This document shows positions 1 through 8,849 of a DNA stretch of 28,680 bases, piece by piece (within the stretch, counting starts at the first letter, position 1; every line of letters begins with the position of its first letter). Position numbers and translations under genes: made by a program. The DNA comes from Bacteriovoracaceae bacterium (GTDB lineage: Bacteria > Bdellovibrionota > Bacteriovoracia > Bacteriovoracales > Bacteriovoracaceae). The DNA lies in the NCBI GenBank assembly GCA_049599895.1, contig JBMYPC010000024.1:1-28680 (forward strand). Reading direction: 5' to 3'. The notes beneath the pieces are model-generated. The model was not told the DNA's origin. It did not search any database and worked only from the letters and a program-made list of their open reading frames with translations.

Positions 1-903
1 TACGCTCTTCCCAATAATTGTCGTGCTGGAGCTTGTGGCGAATGTAAAGTCAGAGTGAATAGTGGAAAGTTTGACCAAGGTTTTATTCTTGATATGGCCT
101 TACCAGCTGAAGAAAGAGATCAAGGTTTCGGACTTATGTGTATGGCGAAACCTCTTGAAGACATTATAGAAATCGAGTGGGGAACAGAAGACAATAAACC
201 CAAGCTCTTTCCTCCTGAAGAGAATCGTCTTTATATTGTAACTGAAAAATATATGGTGAGTTCGAACATTGCAAAACTTAAACTTAAGGGCCTTGGAAAA
301 CCAATGCGTTTTTGGCCAGGCCAATATGTTATGATGGGAGATCCAAAGCGTTGCTATTCAATTGCCAATACTCCCAATCACGATAATCTTTTAGAACTTC
401 TCATTACGAAAAAAGAAGATGGGCAAACTTCAAAGTGGGTTCATGAAGAACTTCAAGAGGGAAGCCTGGTCAAACTTGATGGGCCTTACGGAACTTTTAT
501 CGGAGACCCTACCGTAGACACTCCAGTTCTTTGCCTTGCAGCTGGATCAGGGCTCGCTCCTATCAAATCTTTGGCAACCGCGGCTCTGACAAGAGGTGGT
601 TTTAAAAAGCCGGCGACAATTCTTTTTTCAGCTAAAACGAAGAAGGATCTTATTGAACTCGGTCATTTTTCTTATCTTGGGAAAAAATATCGAAACTTTA
701 AATTCCATTACACTTTAACTCAAGAGCACAACCCTGGTCAGTTGGAAGGACGTCTTACTGATATCATTGAAGAAAAGTATAAAGACTTGAGCTCTACTAG
801 TATTTATATCGCTGGAGGAAAGTCATTTGTAGATGATTGTGTCCAAAAAGTTAAAGAACTTGGCGCTAAAGATGAGCTAGTCCATAGAGAACAGTTTCTT
901 TGA
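1..903 (+). CDS. 2Fe-2S ferredoxin / FAD-NAD(P)-binding oxidoreductase (5'-truncated by window edge)
   Basis: Frame is open from base 1 (YALPNNCRAGACGECKVRV, a plant-type 2Fe-2S motif, fourth Cys in LMCMAKP). FNR motifs RCYSIAN, GPYGTF and AAGSGLAP follow. The ORF-track start at 55 is internal. Confidence 0.9.
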   Translation, partial: YALPNNCRAGACGECKVRVNSGKFDQGFILDMALPAEERDQGFGLMCMAKPLEDIIEIEWGTEDNKPKLFPPEENRLYIVTEKYMVSSNIAKLKLKGLGKPMRFWPGQYVMMGDPKRCYSIANTPNHDNLLELLITKKEDGQTSKWVHEELQEGSLVKLDGPYGTFIGDPTVDTPVLCLAAGSGLAPIKSLATAALTRGGFKKPATILFSAKTKKDLIELGHFSYLGKKYRNFKFHYTLTQEHNPGQLEGRLTDIIEEKYKDLSSTSIYIAGGKSFVDDCVQKVKELGAKDELVHREQFL

Positions 904-993
904 ACTCTAATAATTTTAGATGGTTAGACTTAATTTTCTTCGAATTTATCCAACTCGTTTTCATTTGAATTTTGTTAGTCTAAGCTAATATCT

Positions 994-2700
994 ATGCAAA
1001 CATTTGGGCCAATTTTAATTTATTTCGTTTTTCTTTTTGTCGTCGGATTCTCTCTTCGTAAAGTTTCAAGCAAAGGATCAAAAGAGTTTTTTCTTGGTGG
1101 ACGAGACATGCCCTGGTGGCTTGCCGGAACTTCTATTGTAGCGACAACTTTCGCTGCGGATACTCCTCTTGTGATTACAGGTCTTATGGCCACCAAAGGG
1201 TTTTCTGGTAACTGGTTTTGGCTCTCGGCGTTGTTTGCTCATGCAGCAGTTGTGGTCATCTTTGCGAAGTGCTGGAGTCGTGCGGGAACTGTCACGGATA
1301 CAGAGCTTCTTTCAATTCGCTATTCAGGAAAAAGTGCTCATTACCTGAGATACTTTAAGGCCTTTATTGGAGGGGTCATCGTAAACTGTATCATTATGGG
1401 GTGGGTTATCCGCGCCATGGTGAAAGTTTGTTCTCAATTTCTTAACTGGCAAGAGATGACTCCTCGTCTCTACTCTTTTGTTGATTCATTTTGGCCTAAT
1501 GTAGGGGTTCTTGGTAATGCTTCTGATGCTATTACAATCGTTCTTCTGATTCTCATTGTGATGATCTATTCATCAATGGGTGGGCTTAAGGCCGTAATGT
1601 ATACAGACCTTATTCAATTTGGGGTCGCGGTTTTTGCAACTTCTTATCTTGCCTATGAAATCTGGGCAGAAGTCGGTGGTCGTCAAGGCATCGTCAGTGG
1701 ACTCATTAACCAGTACGGAGAGAATCACCAGTTTACAAATCTTTTTCCCACTGAAGAGACGGGATGGCTTAAAAAGCTCAATGTGGGCTTTGGTCTTTTC
1801 ATGATTTATCTATTTGCTCAAAGCTCATCGAGACTTGATGTGGATGGTAGCGGTTATCTTATGCAAAGATTGAATTCCTGTAAGAGTGATAAAGATGCGA
1901 CTAAAGCTTCTATGCTATTTGTGACTTTGCACTACCTTGTACGCGCATGGCCTTGGATGATTGTGGGGATGGGAGCTTTAATCTTAATTCCTCTTGGTCA
2001 AGAAGAGACTGTTTTTAATGGTGCTGCCGCGGCGATTGGAAGTGATCGAGAGCTTGCTTTTCCCTTTTTAATGAAACAGTATTTGTCGCCATTTATGCAA
2101 GGACTTCTTCTTACGAGTTTCTTAGCGGCATTTATGAGTACTATTGATACTCACCTTAATTGGGGATCTTCTTATGTGGTTAATGATTGGCTACCACTTA
2201 TTAAAAATGATGCTGATCAAAAGACAAAGACTCTCATATCAAGACTCAGTATCTGGAGTTTTGGGACCATCGCAATTCTTGTCAGCTTTCAGATCGGTTC
2301 CATTGAGAAAGCTTGGCAATGGATGGCAGCCCTTTCAGCTTCGGTTGGGATTCCTAATATTCTTCGTTGGCTTTGGTGGAGAGTGACGGCATTTGGAGAA
2401 ATTTGTGCCATGGTCACAGGGATTACAGTGGCCTTACTTTTACAGTTCAGTGATGTGCCTTATGAGTTTCGATTGATCTTGGTTTCAGGATCCGGAATCT
2501 TAGGTCTTATTTTAGGTATTACATTTGGACCGAAAACAGATCAAAAAGTTTTAGAAAGTTTTCAAGAAAAAGTTCGTCCCGTTGGAATTTGGCCTGGTCA
2601 TGCGGTCTTTCCAATAAAAGAAATCTTTCAAGTTTTTGGCCTAATCCTTACTGGAGTCTTTCTTTTTTGGCTTGGTAAGGGATTATTATTTGGATTTTAA
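994..2700 (+). CDS. Sodium:solute symporter (SSS) family protein
   Basis: 568 aa polytopic membrane protein with FFLGGRDMPWW, SIVATTFAADTP, GGLKAVMYTD and AAFMSTIDTHLN motifs. Confidence 0.92.
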   Translation: MQTFGPILIYFVFLFVVGFSLRKVSSKGSKEFFLGGRDMPWWLAGTSIVATTFAADTPLVITGLMATKGFSGNWFWLSALFAHAAVVVIFAKCWSRAGTVTDTELLSIRYSGKSAHYLRYFKAFIGGVIVNCIIMGWVIRAMVKVCSQFLNWQEMTPRLYSFVDSFWPNVGVLGNASDAITIVLLILIVMIYSSMGGLKAVMYTDLIQFGVAVFATSYLAYEIWAEVGGRQGIVSGLINQYGENHQFTNLFPTEETGWLKKLNVGFGLFMIYLFAQSSSRLDVDGSGYLMQRLNSCKSDKDATKASMLFVTLHYLVRAWPWMIVGMGALILIPLGQEETVFNGAAAAIGSDRELAFPFLMKQYLSPFMQGLLLTSFLAAFMSTIDTHLNWGSSYVVNDWLPLIKNDADQKTKTLISRLSIWSFGTIAILVSFQIGSIEKAWQWMAALSASVGIPNILRWLWWRVTAFGEICAMVTGITVALLLQFSDVPYEFRLILVSGSGILGLILGITFGPKTDQKVLESFQEKVRPVGIWPGHAVFPIKEIFQVFGLILTGVFLFWLGKGLLFGF

Positions 2701-2714
2701 AGGGATTTAAATCT

Positions 2715-3965
2715 ATGAGTCATCTTCCATATCGAATCGGCATCATTGGTGCTGGTCTCAGAGGTTCCATGGTTATGGGGGCAAGGGCCACTGATCTGGC
2801 TAAGGAATCATCATTACGTGTTTGTGGAGTCTGCGATCTATCGAAAAAAAGAGCAGAGGAGTCAGTTCAACTTCTTTCAGCTCTTTATCAAAGAAATGAA
2901 ATTCAACAAGAAATAAAAGTCTTTGAGAATTATAAAGAGCTTATCGATTCAGATGAAATTGATATTGTTTGGATTACAACTTCAACGAACTTTCATCGAG
3001 AACCTGCTGTGTATGCTCTTAAGTCTGGAAAAAAAGTCTATCTCGATAAGCCCATATCAGTTTCTCTAGAGGATTCAAAAGAGATTCTCAAAGCCGAAGC
3101 TGAATATCAAAACCCTCTTATTATGGGATTTACAAGAAGGTATGAAAGGTCATGGCGTAAAGCCTATGAGCTTCTTAAAGAGGGGGCCATAGGAAAACTT
3201 CAATTGATGCAAATCAGATCAGTCATTCCCTATACAAGGTACTTCCATCTTTGGCATCGCTTAAACTCAAGATCTGGTGGGGCTTTTAACGATAAATGCT
3301 CTCATCACTTTGATGCGTTTAATTGGTTTGCTGAAAGTCCGTGTAAAAGTATTTCAGCTGTTGGTGGAAGAAGTGCTCTTTTTCCTGAAGACCCTGAAGC
3401 ACCTGAACGTTGTTCAGATTGTGAGAGGGACTGTGCTTATAATATCTTTGAAGATCCTGACTTTAAAGAAATGGGATTAAAAAAGCTTCCGGAGAGTTTC
3501 GAAAAAGCCACTGAAGAAGAGTTTATGTTTGATACCTGTGTCTATAAACCGGGAAGTGATATTTATGATCATATGCTTTGTCACCTTGAATACGAAAATG
3601 GTGTGAAGGCATCACTTTTCTTTTGTATTTATGGGCCTCATACAGAAGACCAAGAAACGTTAGAATTAGTTGGAGACCAAGGCAGGATGATCCTTACAAG
3701 AGGAACAGGTCTAATTGATCTCGTTACTGATTACGGGAAAAAAAAAGAAGTGATCGATACACGTGATGATGAATTTTCAAGCTCTCATTATGGTGCCGAT
3801 TTAGAGCTTATTAGAGATATCGAAAAGTTTGTTAGTGGAGGAACTCCTATTGCAAGTGCAAAGGATGGAGATGAATCCCTTCGGATGATTCATGCAGCTG
3901 TTCAATCAGTTAAAGAAAAGAAACATATTTTATTAGAAGAGAAAATTCATGAGCAATTCTTATAA
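2715..3965 (+). CDS. Gfo/Idh/MocA family NAD(P)-dependent oxidoreductase
   Basis: GIIGAGLRG Rossmann motif, LDKP (EKP variant), GGAFNDKCSHHFD, Cys-rich insert, HYGAD near the C-terminus. Confidence 0.9.
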   Translation: MSHLPYRIGIIGAGLRGSMVMGARATDLAKESSLRVCGVCDLSKKRAEESVQLLSALYQRNEIQQEIKVFENYKELIDSDEIDIVWITTSTNFHREPAVYALKSGKKVYLDKPISVSLEDSKEILKAEAEYQNPLIMGFTRRYERSWRKAYELLKEGAIGKLQLMQIRSVIPYTRYFHLWHRLNSRSGGAFNDKCSHHFDAFNWFAESPCKSISAVGGRSALFPEDPEAPERCSDCERDCAYNIFEDPDFKEMGLKKLPESFEKATEEEFMFDTCVYKPGSDIYDHMLCHLEYENGVKASLFFCIYGPHTEDQETLELVGDQGRMILTRGTGLIDLVTDYGKKKEVIDTRDDEFSSSHYGADLELIRDIEKFVSGGTPIASAKDGDESLRMIHAAVQSVKEKKHILLEEKIHEQFL

Positions 3966-5451
3966 CGACTATAATGTCTATTATGGAGATCTTCATAATC
4001 ATTGCGCTGTCTCTTATGCCCATGGGCCATTATCTGCAGCGCTTGAAAATGCAAAAGAACAATTAGACTTTGTTTCTATTACTGGGCATGCGGATTGGCC
4101 CGATATGCCTGAACCAGATGAAAGAATTCAGTATATTATCGACTTTCATAATCAAGGTTTTAAAAAGTTCAGAAATAGTTGGGAGCATTATAATAAAACT
4201 GTTGAAAAGTTTCATAAAGATGGAGAATTTGTTGCTTTTCCTGGTTATGAAATTCATTCTTGCGATGATGGCGACTATACTTTTGTTTATAAAGAGGCCT
4301 TTCAAGAATTAATTCTTGGACCGATTAATGAAGTCAAAGAAAAGCTCGTTGGAAAAGATGTCATTGGTTTTCCCCATCACATTGCTTATCCAGTCGGTTC
4401 TCGAGGGATCAATTGGGAAAGTTTTCATGATGGTCTCTCCCCTGTAATTGAGATTCTTTCAATGCATGGGATGTCGATTGATTGTGAATCACCAAGACCT
4501 TTTTATCATTCCATGGGACCTATTGATTATCATGGAACTATCGCCTACGGTCTGACCCATGGGCACAAACTTGGGTTTTTAGGATGCACTGATCATCATA
4601 GTGCTTATCCAGGAAGTTACGGACATGGAAAAACAGGTGTCTGGGCAAAAGATCTTACGAGAGAGTCATTATGGGAAGCAATACTTGCCAGAAGAACTTA
4701 TGCTGTGACTGGAGATAAGGTTGCCTTAGAGTTCTCGATTAATGGTGTTTGCATGGGAGATGTCATTGACTCTGGTGCCGGTGAAGTTGAGTTCAATGTT
4801 AATGCTCATTCGGCTATCGATTGTATCGATCTGATTAAAAATAATGAACTTATCGAACGTTGGTCTCCGCGGGCCAAAGAAGATCGTGATGAAGAAGAGT
4901 TTGAATCACATCTTTATGTCGAGCTTGGTTGGGGTGAAAAACATAAAGCGTTTGAATGGAACGGAGAAGTTTGTCTCAAAGAGGGGGAAATTCTCGAGGT
5001 GGAGCCTCGATTTAGAGGTATGGAGGTTGTTTCTCCTGTGGAAAGAGAAAAGGGTTTAGACATACCTTTTAGAAATGGTGAAGTAAAAAAAGTTGATCAT
5101 AATATTGCTGAGTTTAAAGTTGTTTCCAGAGGAAATCCTACTAACGTAACACCTGCAACTCAAGGTTTTAATCTCAAATCAAAACTAAAGAATGACGGTG
5201 AAGTCGTGCTTTCTGTCGGAGAACAAAAGTTTTCTGTAGATGTTAAACGCTTGAAGTCGGGATCTTATTCTCGAAACCTTGGTCTTATTGATTCTCCAGC
5301 CTTTCGAATTCATCGCTTACCTCATATGAGTGAATGTCTTTATTCTGGGGCTTTTAAGTTTCATGAGTTGAAAAAAGGGGACTTTGTTTATCTCAAAGTC
5401 CGCCTTAAGAATAATCAGTACGCAATTTCCTCACCGGTTTATGTTTCTTAA
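3949..5451 (+). CDS. PHP-fold metallohydrolase (DUF3604 / CehA-McbA-like)
   Basis: GDLHNH, DFVSITGH, PGYEIHS, PHH and GCTDHH metal-ligand motifs, plus EAILARRTYAVTG. Overlaps the upstream gene by 17 bp. Confidence 0.8.
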   Translation: MSNSYNDYNVYYGDLHNHCAVSYAHGPLSAALENAKEQLDFVSITGHADWPDMPEPDERIQYIIDFHNQGFKKFRNSWEHYNKTVEKFHKDGEFVAFPGYEIHSCDDGDYTFVYKEAFQELILGPINEVKEKLVGKDVIGFPHHIAYPVGSRGINWESFHDGLSPVIEILSMHGMSIDCESPRPFYHSMGPIDYHGTIAYGLTHGHKLGFLGCTDHHSAYPGSYGHGKTGVWAKDLTRESLWEAILARRTYAVTGDKVALEFSINGVCMGDVIDSGAGEVEFNVNAHSAIDCIDLIKNNELIERWSPRAKEDRDEEEFESHLYVELGWGEKHKAFEWNGEVCLKEGEILEVEPRFRGMEVVSPVEREKGLDIPFRNGEVKKVDHNIAEFKVVSRGNPTNVTPATQGFNLKSKLKNDGEVVLSVGEQKFSVDVKRLKSGSYSRNLGLIDSPAFRIHRLPHMSECLYSGAFKFHELKKGDFVYLKVRLKNNQYAISSPVYVS

Positions 5452-5811
5452 AATGTACTTGCGAGATAGAACATCTCAAAAAAGATGACGAAGTTTTTGA
5501 TGAAGTTTTGAGCTTCTCGCATTTTGCGATGTTTGTCTTTTTTCTTTCCAAAAACTGTGAACCATAAATGCAGCAAGCGAAACAAAAACGCCGAGAGCAT
5601 AAGAGGTATAAACCCTTATGTCGTAATGACTTATTAATGAAGCAGGGCCACAGATAACCAGAAGGACCCCGCTTAGAAAGACTAAAGCTTTTGAATGTTT
5701 AAATTTTCTATACTCCATATATTCGTGAAGAACATGAGGGGTGAGAAAGTGGTTAATACCACTTGCAAGAAAAAATAAACTCAAAAATAGTATAAGTGCC
5801 GTTTTTTACAC
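5448..5811 (-). pseudogene. DoxX family membrane protein, disrupted
   Basis: FLASGINHF and AAFMVHSFWKE are DoxX-like. Removing one base from the T6 run near 5538-5543 restores KEKDKHRKMREAQNFIKNFVIFFEMFYLASTF* ending at 5448. The GTG at 5811, coupled to the CBS-gene stop, is followed directly by an in-frame TAA. Confidence 0.75.
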
Positions 5812-6257
5812 TACGAGCTTGCAAAAGCTTTAACGATATCTTTTCTTGTGATAATTCCGCTTAGCTCTCCATTGTTGAGAACTGGAATTCTCTTAAGACC
5901 CTTATCGATCATTAAATTGACAATCTGATTAAGAGAGTGGTCTTCTTCCACTGTATAAAGTTTTGTGCTCATGACATTTTTTAAAGGCTTTTCTTTAACT
6001 TTCGCACAAATTAATTCGACGTCTGCATGGTGAAAGTTTTCTTTAAAAAGTTGCTTAATTGAGACAAGAGCATGAGGGATATCGACAGCTTTTCCTACAA
6101 AGTCTGACTCGGTGATAATTCCCACAAGCTTTCCTTCAGCGTTTGTGATTGGAAGAGCACTAATACTTTTTTCAGTCATAAGGTCTGCCGCATCTTTTAC
6201 AAGCTTGTCTTCTGTAAGCGAGATCGGATTTGCTGTCATAATGTCTTTTGCGTTCAT
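5811..6257 (-). CDS. CBS domain pair protein
   Basis: Two CBS repeats (AKDIMT..GIITESD; KNVMS..GIITRKD). ATG at 6257 has an AAAGGAGA RBS, so it is preferred over 6305. Confidence 0.9.
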   Translation of the reverse strand: MNAKDIMTANPISLTEDKLVKDAADLMTEKSISALPITNAEGKLVGIITESDFVGKAVDIPHALVSIKQLFKENFHHADVELICAKVKEKPLKNVMSTKLYTVEEDHSLNQIVNLMIDKGLKRIPVLNNGELSGIITRKDIVKAFASS

Positions 6258-6270
6258 GGGGTCTCCTTTA

Positions 6271-6906
6271 TTAGTTTTCTGGTAGGGGAATAACTTCTTG
6301 CTCATTAATGACAGAAGGGTATTCTCCGTTTTTCCACTTGGTTTTTGCTATTTCAATTTTCTCTTTCGATGTTGAAACAAAGTTCCACCACATATGTCTT
6401 TTTTCTTGAAAAATTTTTCCTCCAAAAATCATGAAGTGTCGGTCCTCAAGAGTATTAAATAATAAATTCTCACCCTTTTTGAAGATGATAAGGTCGTAAC
6501 GATTATATGTTTTATCTTCTGTTTTTATATTTCCATCTATGATATAGACAGCAGCTTCTTGGCTCTCAGAAACCTCAATTTCAACTTGTTTTCCTTTTGC
6601 TGCTCTCCCATTAAAATAAAAGAGGTTTGAATAGACTGGGACAGGAGAAGTCTTCTCTTGATATGAACCTGCGACAAGTCTTAGGCTCATCCCATAGAAA
6701 AGCCATGTGATAGTGGCAAGATCGATATGGGGATGGGCCTTTACTTTCATTCCTTTCTCTGGCGTTATTTTAGCGGGCCCCATGTGGTCCCAAAAGATAA
6801 ATGGTTCAACCATTCTTTTTCGATGATCGGGGAGAGACCTTCTGACAACAAAGTTATCACCAAGGTCTTTTTCTTTTGGAGTTATGACTAATTCAATTGA
6901 GCTCAT
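6271..6906 (-). pseudogene. Pirin family protein with internal in-frame deletion
   Basis: Pirin N-terminus (VRRSLP..PFIFWDHMGP..HPH) joins directly to the C-terminal domain (GMSLRLVAG..RHMWWNFVS). The HRDS..MTAGxGIxHSE block is missing. 211 aa against about 290 typical. Confidence 0.8.
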
Positions 6907-6918
6907 GTTTCTCTCTTT

Positions 6919-7632
6919 TTAACTCATTGGGACTTCAATTGCTAGTATTTGTGAGTCTGAGTGAGCAGTTAATGGTACAGATGAGATGTCTTCAAGTCCT
7001 AGGGCATCTCTTGAGTTAAGCCTTTCATCGGCAACACTAAGCTCTCCCTCAAGCAAAACAAAATAGACGCCGTTTGTCGGTTTTCTTAGTTGATAATTAA
7101 CTTTATTGTTTTGTTTTAAATCTAATAGAGAAAACCAAGCCTGTTGATTAATCTTTACTCCTGTCTCAGAGTTATCCATCGGGCTTACAATGGTCTGCCA
7201 TTGGTTAGTCCTACCTTCTGTATCAAAGGATTTCTGATCATATCTTGGAGCAATTTCAAGCTTTTCAGGCATCACCCAGATTTGCAGGAACTCTACTGGC
7301 TCTACTTCAGAGTTATTGTATTCAGAGTGAAAAACTCCAGTTCCTGCAGACATAAGTTGAACTTCGCCATGTCTGATAACAGCTTGATTACCTTCACTAT
7401 CTTTATGTTTAAGTGCACCCTTGAGAGGAATTGAAACAATTTCCATGTCTTGATGGGGATGGGTTCCAAAGCCCTGAGAAGCACTTACTTGGTCGTCATT
7501 GAGAACTTTGAGAAGACCAAATCCCATTCTCTCTGGATTGTGGTACGAAGCAAAGCTGAAACTATGTTTTGATTTTAGCCAACCATGATCAGCAATTCCT
7601 CTTGTGTTTGCTCGATGTAATGACTTTTTCAT
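6919..7632 (-). CDS. Pirin family protein (YhhW/quercetinase-like), intact
   Basis: GWLKSKHSFSFASY, GFGTHPHQDMEI, MSAGTGVFHSEYN and FLQIW motifs. ATG at 7632 has an AGGAGA RBS. The frame stays open upstream to 7749. Confidence 0.92.
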   Translation of the reverse strand: MKKSLHRANTRGIADHGWLKSKHSFSFASYHNPERMGFGLLKVLNDDQVSASQGFGTHPHQDMEIVSIPLKGALKHKDSEGNQAVIRHGEVQLMSAGTGVFHSEYNNSEVEPVEFLQIWVMPEKLEIAPRYDQKSFDTEGRTNQWQTIVSPMDNSETGVKINQQAWFSLLDLKQNNKVNYQLRKPTNGVYFVLLEGELSVADERLNSRDALGLEDISSVPLTAHSDSQILAIEVPMS

Positions 7633-7773
7633 TTCTCTTCTCCTGAATAGATTCAAGCCCAGAGCATTCGTTGGGCCAAGCAAAGAGGCCTTGGCCCCTA
7701 AGCCGCCTAAAAAACGCCTTCGATTAGTCTTAAGTTTAAGAATCTTCATGCTGTTATCTTCGGATATTTTTTG

Positions 7774-7788
7774 ATAAAATGATAATAT
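7774..7788. promoter_or_regulatory. Possible LysR T-N11-A box (ATA-N9-TAT) in divergent promoter region
   Basis: ATAAAATGATAATAT between the divergent pirin and lysR genes. The AT-rich background makes this weak. Confidence 0.3.
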
Positions 7789-7838
7789 TAAGTTTCTGAA
7801 AAAATGATATTTAAAAATTATTGAGCGAGCGTGATTTC

Positions 7839-8395
7839 ATGACCTTAGATCAAATTGAAATGATTGAAGCGATTATAAATGAAGGAAGTTATCAGGCGGC
7901 TGCAAAGAAGTTGTCTAAAAGCCAGCCCAGTCTCAGCAATGGTGTAAAAAAGTTGAAAAGTTTTATGGGATTCAGATTTTCTCAAGGGACTCTTATCGAC
8001 CTGCTCCTACTGATGTAGGAAGGTAGTTCTTTAACACGGCCAAGGAGACCTTAAAATCTCGATGGACCCCATTGTTCTTGCCCAGCGAATAATACCTGTT
8101 TTTGAAGTGTTTAAAGAGTTTCGTTCTCAATCAAGCCTTGTCATTGAGTCATGAATGGTATGTGGACAGTCATCCAAGAAAAGCTGAGATGATCGCTTTA
8201 GGAGTTGGCTGGGACAGACTTTCCCTTGTACAGATCGAGCAAAATGAAGATCTTGTTGCGATACCTGAAGAAATAGTAGAACCTTTACTTTTGGAGGTTC
8301 ACTTTATGAGAAATAAAATGAAGCCTCATGGGCCCATGGCACAGAAAATATGGAAGCTTATGCTAGAGTTTCGAGATGAGTTTAATGAGGAATAG
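7839..8395 (+). pseudogene. LysR family transcriptional regulator, multiply disrupted
   Basis: HTH MTLDQIE..GSYQAAAKKLSKSQPSLSNGVKKL, then a frameshift near 7955 into EKFYGIQIFSRDSYRPAPTDVGR*, with in-frame TAG at 8024-8026. Effector-domain fragments follow (SMDPIVLAQ..; WYVDSHPRKAEMIALGVGWDRL). About 560 bp against about 900 typical. Confidence 0.88.
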
Positions 8396-8849
8396 TTATA
8401 AAAAGGTTTTTGTTGCTGGTGAGTGTTTTTTATATCCAGAACCAGTGATTAAAGACAATAAATATCTTCTACTCGTTGATGAAGATTTTTCTGAATTCAT
8501 TATTGAAGCTTTTAAAATGGGGATCATAGACTCTTTGGATGATCGTCCTCAGTTTATCAGAGAACTTCGAGTTCACTCTGACGGGCGGACTTCTATCTAT
8601 GAATTCAATTATAGTGAGCTTCATTTTAAATTTCTTCCCAATCGTGAATCTGACCTTGATAAAGCCACACAGATTGAAAAGATTCTGTCTCAAAAAATTA
8701 TTTCATGTCTTTTAAAAGAAAATGAATCTTTAGCAAACTTCAAAAAAGCTTATCTTAAACAAACTCAATGTTCTGTCTGTGAAGGCTTAGGTATCAAAGA
8801 GGGAACTCTTGTTGATTTTTTTGAACTCTTATTAAAAGAAAAGCTTTAG
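8376..8849 (+). CDS. Hypothetical protein (CxxC near C-terminus)
   Basis: 157 aa ORF with protein-like composition overlapping the lysR end. Start could be 8385. Confidence 0.6.
   Translation: MSLMRNSYKKVFVAGECFLYPEPVIKDNKYLLLVDEDFSEFIIEAFKMGIIDSLDDRPQFIRELRVHSDGRTSIYEFNYSELHFKFLPNRESDLDKATQIEKILSQKIISCLLKENESLANFKKAYLKQTQCSVCEGLGIKEGTLVDFFELLLKEKL

Noticed and set aside
100..5059. Short overlapping ORFs inside long genes (for example 100-324, 1619-1804, 2144-2386, 4063-4305), and similar ones later such as 11412-11867
   Set aside because: They are fully nested in well-supported genes and carry no motifs.
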